Part shown: positions 13,087 through 23,472 of the stretch, piece after piece
Layout: every line of letters begins with the position of its first letter
Position numbering within the stretch: position 1 is the first letter of the stretch
Source: Batkoa obscura
Lineage: Eukaryota
Direction of reading: 5' to 3'
Assembly: GCA_030770535.1 (NCBI GenBank)
Contig: JASVEC010000181.1
Span: forward strand, 1-35,216
DNA: 35,216 nucleotides
Program-made: the position numbers and the translations under genes
Notes under the pieces: generated by a model
Database searches by the model: none
What the model was told of the DNA's origin: nothing
What the model saw: only the letters and a program-made list of their open reading frames with translations

Positions 13087-13738
13087 TGTGAAATATTGCT
13101 TTATCAGCTCTAGGATTAGTCATAGCATGCTAATCATTTAACTTGTTTATAAAACTAGTTACAGTTTTGTAATCAACTTGGCTATGATTTACATGTGGGA
13201 CAATCAATTCAGAGATCCTTATTTTGATTTATTATAAGGGTTTTTATCATCTAATTAAAAGGCGTTATCTCCTCTTTTGATATCTATAATTAGTGGCTTA
13301 TAGTAAGGAATAACTACTATCGTGTACTTTATATGGGGGTATTTTTTTTGGCTTCATTATTTTTTCCATCTTTTAAGCACTATTTAAGCGGAAAAATTAT
13401 TAGCAAAATTCTTAAATATAAAGATAGATACCCATATATAGTTTTCGAATTGAAGTGCAAAGGGGACTCTTCAGCATGATAATCTCAGGCTTTTTGATTG
13501 AACTATTCCCTGGTATTGTACTTTTAATAAAGCCATTAGATCTTTTCGATAATACTTTATATAGATTTTATAATAGCATCATCTATTCTATTTATCTTAC
13601 ATAATCCGTAGCCTATTAAATGTTATTCTTCATAATTCAAGTCTATCTTAGTTACATAAACTAAGACCTCTCGACTTACGACTAGTTAATCAAGCAAAAA
13701 CTGCTTTTAACTCTAACTACTGTACATTAACTTTCACA
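13087..13738. mobile_element. TGT...ACA insertion with 4-bp TSD (CAGC/CAGT); left end related to the 12753 foldback
   Basis: Termini are TGTGAAA...TTTCACA. Removing it restores the transposase codons CCA GCT TAC (P-A-Y). The first ~60 bp resemble the foldback arm (TGTGAAATATTGCTTTATCAGCTC). Confidence 0.7.
13335..13433 (-). mobile_element. 99-bp MITE copy 2, TSD ATAT
   Basis: Reverse-complement homologue of 9302-9400, flanked by ATAT on both sides and nested in the 13087-13738 insertion. Confidence 0.92.
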
Positions 13739-14382
13739 CAGTTTACCTTATAAAAACAACAGAAAATTTAAAAGTTCAATGTTTGGTAAAGCAAGTGTCC
13801 TATTAAATAATAGAAACTAATCATTAAACATTAATATTATTTAAACTATAAATAACTAAGTTAATAAATAGTTGAAAAGTAAGTAGTCATAATAAGTAAA
13901 GACTATCATTGTATTGCTTGTATTATATAAAGATGGCTAATCATAGCTTTGGGACTAATCACTTCTTACTATCCAGTTATTTATTAACTTAGTAATATAT
14001 TAATAATGTAATTGTGATATTAAAATAAACTATTTAATCATTTAATAGCAAATATGTAATATTGGTTATAAAGCAGTCAACAATAAATATTTCTGAATGG
14101 AGTTTCATAAAAATATTTATTTATATACTACAACTTTGATTAATATCAATATGTAGGTTATATTAGTAAAAACCTTGCTAATCTGAGAATTCTTATTAAA
14201 TTTAATAGAAATTCAGCTAACTTACAGTATAAATTATAATAAAATAGTTTAAAACCATGTTGAGTATGTTTGCTTAATAAAAAGTTTATTTTTACAGAAT
14301 TTTAAGTCCTTAGAATATGGGGATGTATTTATTTGCTCGAAAATTGGATAAAAAAATAAAACCAATTCAGGCGTCCCTATAT

Positions 14383-14479
14383 GGAGGTGTTTTTTTTGCT
14401 TCATTACTTTTTCCATCTTTTAAGTACTATTTGAGCGGAAACATTGTTAGTAAAACTCTTAAACACAAAATACATCCCC
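14383..14479 (-). mobile_element. 97-bp MITE copy 3, TSD ATAT
   Basis: GGAGGTGTTTTT...AAATACATCCCC flanked by ATAT. It abuts the terminal TIR of the old Sola-like copy. Confidence 0.92.
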
Positions 14480-14622
14480 ATATATTGAAGTATTATCCTT
14501 TTTAAGGAGTTAACTTTTACTAGCAAGCTTTGTTAGTAAACACTTGACTTTTTTGTACCAATTTAAATATCGGGTTATATAAAAATAGTTTATATAGTGA
14601 TATTTTTTTTAATAATTTGATT

Positions 14623-14929
14623 AATTCAATATTTTATTATGGACAGTGTTATATATTTTACACATATTATGTAGATATTAAGGCCATCAAAATGTCGAAT
14701 GAAATTTGAAAAAAGTTTGAAAAAATAAATTTGACACTTTAACATACTTAAGTTTTTTATTATAGAATTAACATGAAATTTGAATATAACAAAATAGGGA
14801 TATTTGTTATTGAATTTTATTACTTTGAATTTCTTCCATTTGTTTTTTATAATATTATAATACTATAAAAACACCTGTATTATCCACTTCATTTTTTTTG
14901 TTTTTTTAAAAGGTATGCGAACTGGTTTC
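14623..14929 (-). repeat. Right arm of the 307-bp inverted repeat (partner 8807-9113)
   Basis: AATTCAATATTTTATTATGGAC...GGTATGCGAACTGGTTTC is the reverse complement of 8807-9113. Confidence 0.97.
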
Positions 14930-16264
14930 TACCAATTGTATATTTTATTTTTTATACCTGATGTTTAATATCAACACAAAAAGCCAAGGAAATCATGGAT
15001 TACGTTATTTATTTACTAACCTTGTAAACGCAAGGTAATCAATATAAAATGGGATAAATCCTCATTTAATCTAGCCAAAATTTAAAACAATATTCCAAGA
15101 GTGTAAAAAAACCATATAAGCCGTAACTAGTTTTTGACTTATGATAAATTATATTGTTATATTGGGATTTATTAACCATATGAAGGTAAAATTACAAAGG
15201 TTTTAACATTTAGCTAATACCTTTGTTTATCGTTTTGATTCTTCGCACCTAAAATGAATTTGCTATATGTTTCATTCACATTAAACTTTATGATGCAAAC
15301 AAAAATTATTATAAATGAAGTGACATAAACCAAAGCAATCAGTTTGATCTAATTACTCCTTTAAACTATGTTCCTACTTTCATTTACTCTTATGCGCTCG
15401 AAACGGTGCCTGGGTATCTGGATATATAGAATCAAATATAATTATGATGTCAAAGCTAACTCAAAGGTATGATATGGTGATTATGCTCACTCATTATTGT
15501 TTAATCCAAAAATAAAGAGATAATAAGACTCTATATCTTACCCATATTAAGAACATTTTAAGCATTGTTTTTTATTAACTTCCCATTAGATAGCTATAGT
15601 TTGAAGGATGATAAGATATTTGCTGATAGCTACTCAGTTGGTGGGCAGTTGTACTTTAGCAATGTTAAATACTACTTAATATATTTGAAATATAATCCGT
15701 TAAGATGAGTCTAATAAGCTATTAAATCAAACCAAAGGTATGATTCAATTTAGGGCACTTTTGATATCAAAATATTAGTTAAACAAAGCATACTATATAG
15801 TTATCAATTTATTGAAGTGATTTTTGATAACAATGAAGTAAATCAATTTAAGGGAATGTATGTACAACATAATATAACTTATGATTTGTCAAATACAAAT
15901 TCGATAAATTTTGTTATTAAAGTATTTATTGATTTTACCTATATACTTACTTTTGTTGATTTACAATAAGCAGTTGTATTTGTAAAATATTTGTGTAGTA
16001 TTAGAATAAAATAAGAGAATACTGATCATGACGAATTTATACAACATAGTCAAATCCTTATTTATACTAAAGCACAATATGACATCAGTAAAATTACTTC
16101 AAGCTAAGAACATCAGTTTAGTAGCCCTAGCTCTATAGCCCACCTCTAATATTCTAACTCAACTAAAAGTCTTACAAGCCCGTAAAGTCAAATCATTAAC
16201 TAAAATATATAAAGTTTTATTTAAATAATAGAACAAATCCTTTTCAAAGCAACAACTTAATAGT

Positions 16265-16501
16265 TTATAATAACAAAGCATAGACTAAACCAAAAGCAAG
16301 GAAAGCATCAGTAACAGTCCAGCTAAATTTTTCATCTTCACCATCTGGTATCTTCTCTTCCTTTTCTTCGGCTTTTAATTCAGCACCTCTTTCCATATGA
16401 AGACTAGCGAGCTCTTGTAGATTTAAATGACTTGAAGAGGTAGCTTCAGTATCATATAGCGATAGTGGGAATGGATTGGTAGTGGTGGCAGTGGACATCA
16501 T
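16265..16501 (-). CDS. Small (78 aa) hypothetical protein with acidic middle and hydrophobic C-terminus (tail-anchor-like)
   Basis: GC content is higher than the flanks. The start context is A-rich (AAAAAAATG) with TATAAATA ~110 nt upstream, and the C-terminus is WTVTDAFLAFGLVYALLL. Confidence 0.6.
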   Translation of the reverse strand: MMSTATTTNPFPLSLYDTEATSSSHLNLQELASLHMERGAELKAEEKEEKIPDGEDEKFSWTVTDAFLAFGLVYALLL

Positions 16502-16988
16502 TTTTTATTTGTTTTTGTAATAATAACAACAATTGTAACGGAATAAATTAAAGCTTAATTTCTTTCTTTTTTGTAAAAATAAAATTCAAGTGAAAGAAGA
16601 TGGAGAGTATTTATACTTTTTGTGAAACTTTCTTTCTTAAAGCAAACTAAAATCCCCTGTTTGTCTTTTTTCTCACGCTTGGTTAGCTAGAGTGAGTTTT
16701 TATGCATCCCTGAACTTGTGATTTATAATTTCCCAAGCTTTATATTGCCAATAAAATTCTTACATATCTGATTTAAATTAAACCGATTGGTTTGCTATTA
16801 TCGGTTACTCTTTTACTGAAATATACTGATAAGACCGAACGATTTTTAGATAATGGATCCATTTACCATACTTTTGGGAAATTATTCCTGAATAGAGTGA
16901 TAACTTTTAGCTCAAGTTCTGTTCTTTTGGGGTTTATGAAAGCTATTTTTTGCATCCGAAATAAAGAGCAAACTCAAAGAATTACCAT

Positions 16989-17161
16989 TTTTAGCCCAAA
17001 ATAATGTATTAAAAGTTAAAAACAAACTATGGTTTTTAGCCCAAAACAAATTATTCTAAATTAGCAAAGCACCACGATTTTCACTCCAAAACAAAAAATA
17101 AATATAACACTTGTTTTATCCCAAAATAACGATTAAAAAACAGCAACTTCTAGCCCAAAAC
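16989..17161 (+). repeat. Five spaced copies of a TTTAGCCCAAAA-like motif
   Basis: CCAAAA cores at 16996, 17041, 17086, 17121 and 17155 (spacing 45, 45, 35, 34) with poorly conserved spacers. Confidence 0.6.
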
Positions 17162-17237
17162 AATAAACAAATTAAAAATGATCATTTCAAGTTGAAAAAT
17201 AATTTTAAAAAATATTTATTCTTTTTCAATGACTCTC

Positions 17238-20200
17238 CTAATACCAAACATCATTCAGTTTTTTATTGCGTACCTAACAATAAGATTAATAAAACGTTCA
17301 AGATTTTTATCAAAAGCACTTACCATAGGGGAAGTAAAAAAGATAGCTACTGAAAGCAAAAGAATTGTAGCTAACAAGCTAACTTTTGAAAAATCCTCCT
17401 TAAGTAAATCAAATTGCATATTAGGTGAATAAGCTGAAAAAAAGAGATCTAGACCATAAGAAAACAACAAAGTAGTCGATTCGAAATTACTTGCTACTGA
17501 GAGCGTCTTTTTAATACCTGATATCTAATAAATTATTTTTATATAAATATAAAATAAATAATATCATAATATATAGTATTACATCTAACCCATAAGATAT
17601 CACTTTCTTTTCGTTCATTCTTATGATGGGTTGGTATAGCATTGTATTAAATTGATTCTCTTCCTTTTTAATTACTCGAAGTGCATTTAATTCATCCAAT
17701 GAGATTGAAACTATATGATTATTAGGTTCGATTGAAGCTAATATAAATAAATAAATAAATACATTTGAGTATATATAAAGTATGACTTACCTATCAATTC
17801 TTTATCTGTTATACCATTCAATGTATTAGTGATAGATAAAGAGGTAATATTATGTGGGAAAACGTAAGAATTAGAAGCAACATAAGGTGAATTTATATCA
17901 AACGATGAGATAGTATCATTACTGAAATATATAAAATATAATGTAAATAGCGCAATATAATGAAATAGTATAAAACTTACTTTACATGTTTAACATCGGG
18001 TAAATGAGACGTAAACAATTCAATCACATTAAAATTAAAATTTTTATTTTCTATATTAAAATAATGATAAACAAATTGGTTTTCAAATAGTAATAATTGG
18101 ATTTGATTATTATAAACATTTTTATGCTCTACTTGATGTAATTGTTTTCCTGTAATTGAATCAATCAAATAAATAAAACTATTATTGTCTTTATTGATGT
18201 TTTTAGTAATAATGATTAATAAATTGTTATTTAAATACTTATACATTACTCGACGATCACTTAAGATTCTACCCATTGAATTCATTTTATTAATACTTAA
18301 TTCATTGTGCAATACTTGTACAATAACTTGGTCTTTAAATTCTAATTTATAATTCTTTTCTATCTTTTTGTTGTTACTATAATCAATTGAATACCCTGAT
18401 ACTGAATTCTTGTTATGATAATATGAATAATAAATGTCACTTATGTCATTATCATTATTGTTAGGTATTAACCTAATGTTATTGCTATTAATATTAACAA
18501 TACTGAGATAATTGCATAAATGTGTTGGTTCCATAGCGGGCAATAAATTCAATTCAAATTCAACATTATCTTTTTCATTAAAAATAACTTCATTATTAAT
18601 AATACTTCCAGTAAATCCATTGATACGATATAGTGTTAATATTCTATTACTATCTTTAATATGCTCTGCAACAATGCCAATGATGGGTGGTAATTTAATA
18701 CTGGATTCTCTCAATATATACAATTTAACAATACTTTGATTACGAATAAATTTAGTCCATTTAATTTGTCCATTTTTACTTTCGATTGCGTACATCTTAT
18801 TAAACTCGTTCACTGTAATAATTAATTTATTGATTCCTAGTTTATCCATAACAATCACATCTTTCTTATGATTGTTATTGTTATTACTAAAATAAGTTAT
18901 TATATTCATTACAGTAACATACCATCTGTTTATAAAATTGATAATAATATTATTGTTATCACTATTCATTATTTTGTTATGACTTAATTCATTACCATCT
19001 TCAATCGTAAATAAATGTTTCTCTGGTAAATTTAATATTTTGCTAGATTTAATATAACTTAATCCTTCATTGCGGTTCCATTGAGTGTATAATTTATCAT
19101 TCTTATAAATAACACTATTAATACTTCCATCTTCTCTAACTAATACTAATTCAACATCATTGTTACTATCGTAAGCATATAAACTAATTAACCTTCCGAA
19201 TTCTTCATATTTACTTATTTTATCGATTGCTATTTTGATGACATCTTTTGCTTTGCTTAAATAGATACTTTCTTTATCAAAAGAAACTAAGCTGACACTA
19301 TTGTTAAAATAAATTACTTGACTATCCTTATTATTATTATTGAGCTCAAATTTATTAATTAAGTTCAACTTAGTTTCACTATTAATATTTAAATGATAGA
19401 TAATTGTATTTTCGTTAAATAGCACGTAAATTTGATCATTTTCAACAAAAATATTATTGGCTATAACATCATTGTCAATATTAATCGTGTTTAATAATTG
19501 ATTTTGATTTAACAGCTGAACGTTAATTTCCTCTTTATTGTTCCAAATAAAATAAATGGAATTATTAATGCTACTCAACTTGTATTTTATGTTCTCTGAG
19601 CCTTGTTGCTTTATAATGATTTCATTGCTAATTACTTTTCCATCATCCTTATTCAATTTTAAATAATCGATTTGTTCGTTTGATTGAGATACTAGATAAA
19701 TTATATCATTATGTTTAATCATATCCAATAGTTTACTTCAGTTGTTGTAATAACATTAGCATATTTGATATAACGTAATAAAAAAGATATTTACCTTTCA
19801 TTGTCTTCAACATTAAACTTCCAATTCAATTTATGAAACCCAATTTTAACATTAAATAAAAACCTATTGTTAATCAATAACAGCATAACCTCGTCATCGA
19901 TATGTATAGTAATATCATTGATATTATTATTAAATGGAATTTTATAATTAAATAAAATATCTCCGCTATCTAAGTTTACTAATACAATATACTCTCTATT
20001 ATTTTCTTCATTTTGAATACATAGAACTAAAAAATAAATAAAATTAATGACTGATATTAGAGTAGAAAAAACCTACTATCATTTTCAATCAATACATTTT
20101 TGACTGTTCCATATTGAAAATCTGTTCTTCTCCAAACTAAATATAACAAAGTTAAGTTACAACATCTATACAACTATAATATAACAACTTACTCAAATCG

Positions 20201-20456
20201 CCATTTGTATTATTTACTCTACCGATTATGTTTTTTTCTGATAATATAATTTTGTCATTTTGATAGTTAAACATTTGCTTTGGTACACCTACCGTCTTAA
20301 TCTGCCTAACATAATTTATTAAATTCCAACATACATTATAAATAAGATTTTTACTTACCAATCCTTAACACCAGCTTGATCAGAATAGATAGATGTCACC
20401 GTTTGGTTTAACAAAAGTATCAAAAATAAAAACAATAGACTATTTTTAGCTATCAT
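17238..20456 (-). CDS. EMC1: ER membrane protein complex subunit 1 (multi-exon)
   Basis: A signal peptide is followed by SIYSDQAGVKDW. Other motifs: WNRNEGLS, SMGRILSDRRVMYKYLNNN, YGLDLF and FDLLKEDF plus a C-terminal TM. The last intron (17323-17274) gives the ending ..SPMVRNKKLNDVWY*. Confidence 0.93.
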
Positions 20457-20653
20457 TTTTTAATATTATTATACTATTTTATATTACAATGATAAAAAAT
20501 TATAAAAATATTCAACTTTGTCATTCTTTGACTAAACTTTGGTTTATTGGCTTTATTTTCGAATTTCAATCTTATTGGACAGATTTTCACCCTCGATAAT
20601 CTGGAATTTATTCCCAAAGCTAAATATCTAAAACATTAACTTTTTTTATAAAA
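20457..20653. promoter_or_regulatory. Compact bidirectional promoter region between EMC1 and BUD23
   Basis: The divergent ATGs at 20456 (-) and 20654 (+) are separated by only 197 bp. Confidence 0.6.
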
Positions 20654-21752
20654 ATGAGTAGACCGGAACATCAAGGCCCACCAGAACATGTAAGACTAAC
20701 CAGCCCTTATTAAACTTCAAGAAACTAATCTCTATTAAAAAGGTATACAATGAGTTAGAAGCCAGCAAATACACTGCAAAGTAATTGATCCTCAATTTTA
20801 ATTAAACAATTAATAATAAATCCCATAAAATAGCACTCGTATAGCTGAGATTCAAGCCGAGATGGCATTACGAGCTTTAGAGTTATTAAACTTACCCGAA
20901 GAACAACCTAGTTATTTACTTGATATTGGTTGTGGTTCTGGTTTATCGGGTGAAATTTTAGAAGAAGAAGGTCATTTTTGGGTTGGCTTTGATATCTCGC
21001 CTTCTATGTTAAGTAAGCATTGATTTTCTATCTCGACTATTTGAAACTAATTCAAAAAAATAGACGTTGCTGTAGAGCGTGAAGTGGAAGGTGATTTATT
21101 TTTGCAAGATGCTGGACAGGGTTTAAGTTTTAGACCTGGTACTTTTGATGGCGCTATTAGGTAAAGAATATCTTTATTTATCTAAATAGAAATGTAATAA
21201 TGACCTCCCCCTAAGTATTTCAGTACTTCAATGGCTATGTAATGCGGATAAAAACAGTCATGTCCCATGGAAACGACTAAACCATTTTTTTACTACTTTA
21301 TTTATGTGTTTAAAAAAAGGGGCCAGAGCAGTTTTTCAGTTTTATCCTGAAAATGATGAACAATTACAGATGATAATGAGTGCAGCAATGAAGTGCGGTT
21401 TCACTGGTGGTTTAGTTATTGATTACCCCAATAGTAGAAAAGCTAGAAAACATTATCTTTGTTTATTTGCAGGACAATCGAATGATCCTTTACCTCAAGC
21501 CAAAGGTATGGAACAAGGCGAATTAGAGGTTGGATATTCTAAGAAAAGGTAAAGAAATAGTGTAATTTAATAATTTTATAGTGCTAAATGTTTTTTTTAT
21601 TTAGAATTAAGAATCATAGAAAGAGTAAACTTGAAGCTAAAATTAAAGGGAAAGATTGGATTATGAAAAAGAAAGAATCAGCAAGAGCTAAAGGGGTCAA
21701 GGTGGCTAAAGACTCTAAATATACAGGTAGAAAACGTAGACCTAAATTTTAA
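20654..21752 (+). CDS. BUD23: 18S rRNA m7G methyltransferase Bud23/WBSCR22 (multi-exon)
   Basis: [11 protein letters not shown] start, SAM motif [32 protein letters not shown] and C-terminal [13 protein letters not shown]; five short introns. Confidence 0.97.
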
Positions 21753-22144
21753 ATGGATTATGTTCGTATAGATGTTGATAGACTATTTTTATTTTTTTTT
21801 GATTAAATTCTATAATTATTTACAATATAGCTTTAACTTTTTTATGGGTGTTTTGTAAATTATTTTATGTTTAAGTCTTATTAGTAGAATAAAGATTTTT
21901 ATACAATTACGATTTTAATGTATTATGTATTATTAATTTTATATTAACTCTTTTTTTGTCATAGTTTAGTTTCTTACATATTATGAGTTTATATTCATAT
22001 TCATATGATCAATTTAACATAATCAAATAAAATTGGCATAATTTCTTGGTTATAAGGAATAAAAAGGATCAAAATGACGTCAATAAACTTTCAAAAGTGT
22101 TAAAAAGTTCCCAAAGTCAACAGTCACTCTTTTTTTATAAGAAA

Positions 22145-22816
22145 ATGCCAGGTAAATTCAATAACTAATAAGCACAGAATTATTGTTTAATAACTTAGAA
22201 TCCTTAGACTCAAGTAACGTCGTACCAAGTGAAAAGCTTAATCATTTAATTAATAACCGTCCAAAACCGGAGGAATTAGTTGATAAAAACATTTTAAAAG
22301 GTGAATTAATCTTAATTAATAAATTATCTTTAAACTAACGCCAACTTATCGAATAGACTCTAGCTTAGCCCCTAGTTTACAAGCAGCTAAACATGAATTA
22401 GCTAAACACCAATTGGCGGATAAACTAGAACATAAGATCCATGCTCGTCCTGACAAGGAAGATCTTATCAATCATAATATTTTAAAGGACACTACTGCAG
22501 CACCTAGTTTACAAGGTGCTCAAAAGGAGTTAGAAAAACATCGGTTAGTAGATAAATTGGAGCACAAGATTCACGCTAGACCAGATAAAGAAGATCTTAT
22601 TAATCATAATATTTTAAAAGGTAATGAAAAGATCATAATTTAAATCATTGATTGTTGAATTTGATTTTTTTAGAAAGTAATATTGATCCTTCTTTACTGA
22701 GTAAAAAAATGGAGTTGGAGCGTCATCAATTAGAAAATCAATTGGATAAGAAGATCTCAAGTCGACCAGATCAGCAAGAAATTGAACGTAAGTTTTTAAA
22801 TGAAGAACATGCGTAA
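22145..22816 (+). CDS. RPEL-repeat protein (four repeats)
   Basis: The spliced product has four L..KI..RP..EEL...NILK-type repeats (RPKPEEL, RPDKEDL x2, RPDQQEI) and three introns. Confidence 0.9.
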
Positions 22817-23472
22817 TTAAATAGGATCTATTTCTTTTTTCTATTCTCTATCACTAGTATAGCATTTAGCATACTTTTTATTATTTTTATTTTAGTAAAT
22901 AAATGAAGATGTAAATTTTATAATATTATCGCTTTTATTGTTTACTTCATATTCATTATACTTTACATGTTTACAAAATGTTTGTAAAATACTGCAAGGG
23001 TAACTGTAAAATTTAATATTAACTTATACTCTATCCCTTCAATTTTCTAAAATGAGTAAAGTAAAAAAAATTTATAACTCATTTACAAAAAAATTGCCCA
23101 ACTTAATAAGAGTACGCGTACGTGGGCAATTAAATTTTAAATTTTGAAACCAAATATAAAGGTCATTAATTCCTATCAATAATCAAATTCAGGGTTATTT
23201 TAATAGTTAGCATTTATTTTTCAAGCATTAAATTTATCAAGTTGTTTATTAGCATATTTGTTTTTAAAACTGGAAATAAAAATTATACAAATTAAGTGAA
23301 ATAAAATTTTTGTTTTTTTAAGTGTTTTACTACTACTCCAATCTATTGTAAAAGTAATAAATTTATATTTTATTAAGATTTAATATCTAGTAGTTATTAA
23401 GTAATATTTTTATTTATTAATTCATCTTTCAAAATAGGTCATTATAATACAATTGTAACTCCAAAAGAGATC

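Larger units (their letters stand above)
9109..14378 (+). mobile_element. Old, decayed, 5'-truncated copy of the Sola-like transposon, interrupted by nested insertions
   Basis: Plus-strand fragments translate to degenerate versions of the young transposase in the same order: KFTIDSNKLNQ (~9150), NFKQNIEI (~9880), KINI*ANTGNYF (~10110), KITN|VNQLILK across 10290/12712, IQGIKKYLHSIKHNN (~12940), YLIKTTENLK (~13745). The 3' non-coding region and a degenerate TIR (AAAACCAATTCAGGCGTCCCT, 14358-14378) follow. Confidence 0.93.

Noticed and set aside
8807..14929. MULE-type element defined by the 307-bp inverted repeats
   Set aside because: There is no 8-11 bp TSD at the outer ends and no MULE transposase inside. 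It is retained only as an unexplained inverted duplication.
14930..15900. Gene-like fragments with possible splice donors right of the inverted repeat
   Set aside because: All frames are interrupted by stops and no family is recognisable.
16989..17161. CRISPR-like repeat-spacer pattern
   Set aside because: The repeats are only ~12 bp, degenerate and unevenly spaced. The context is eukaryotic and there are no cas genes.
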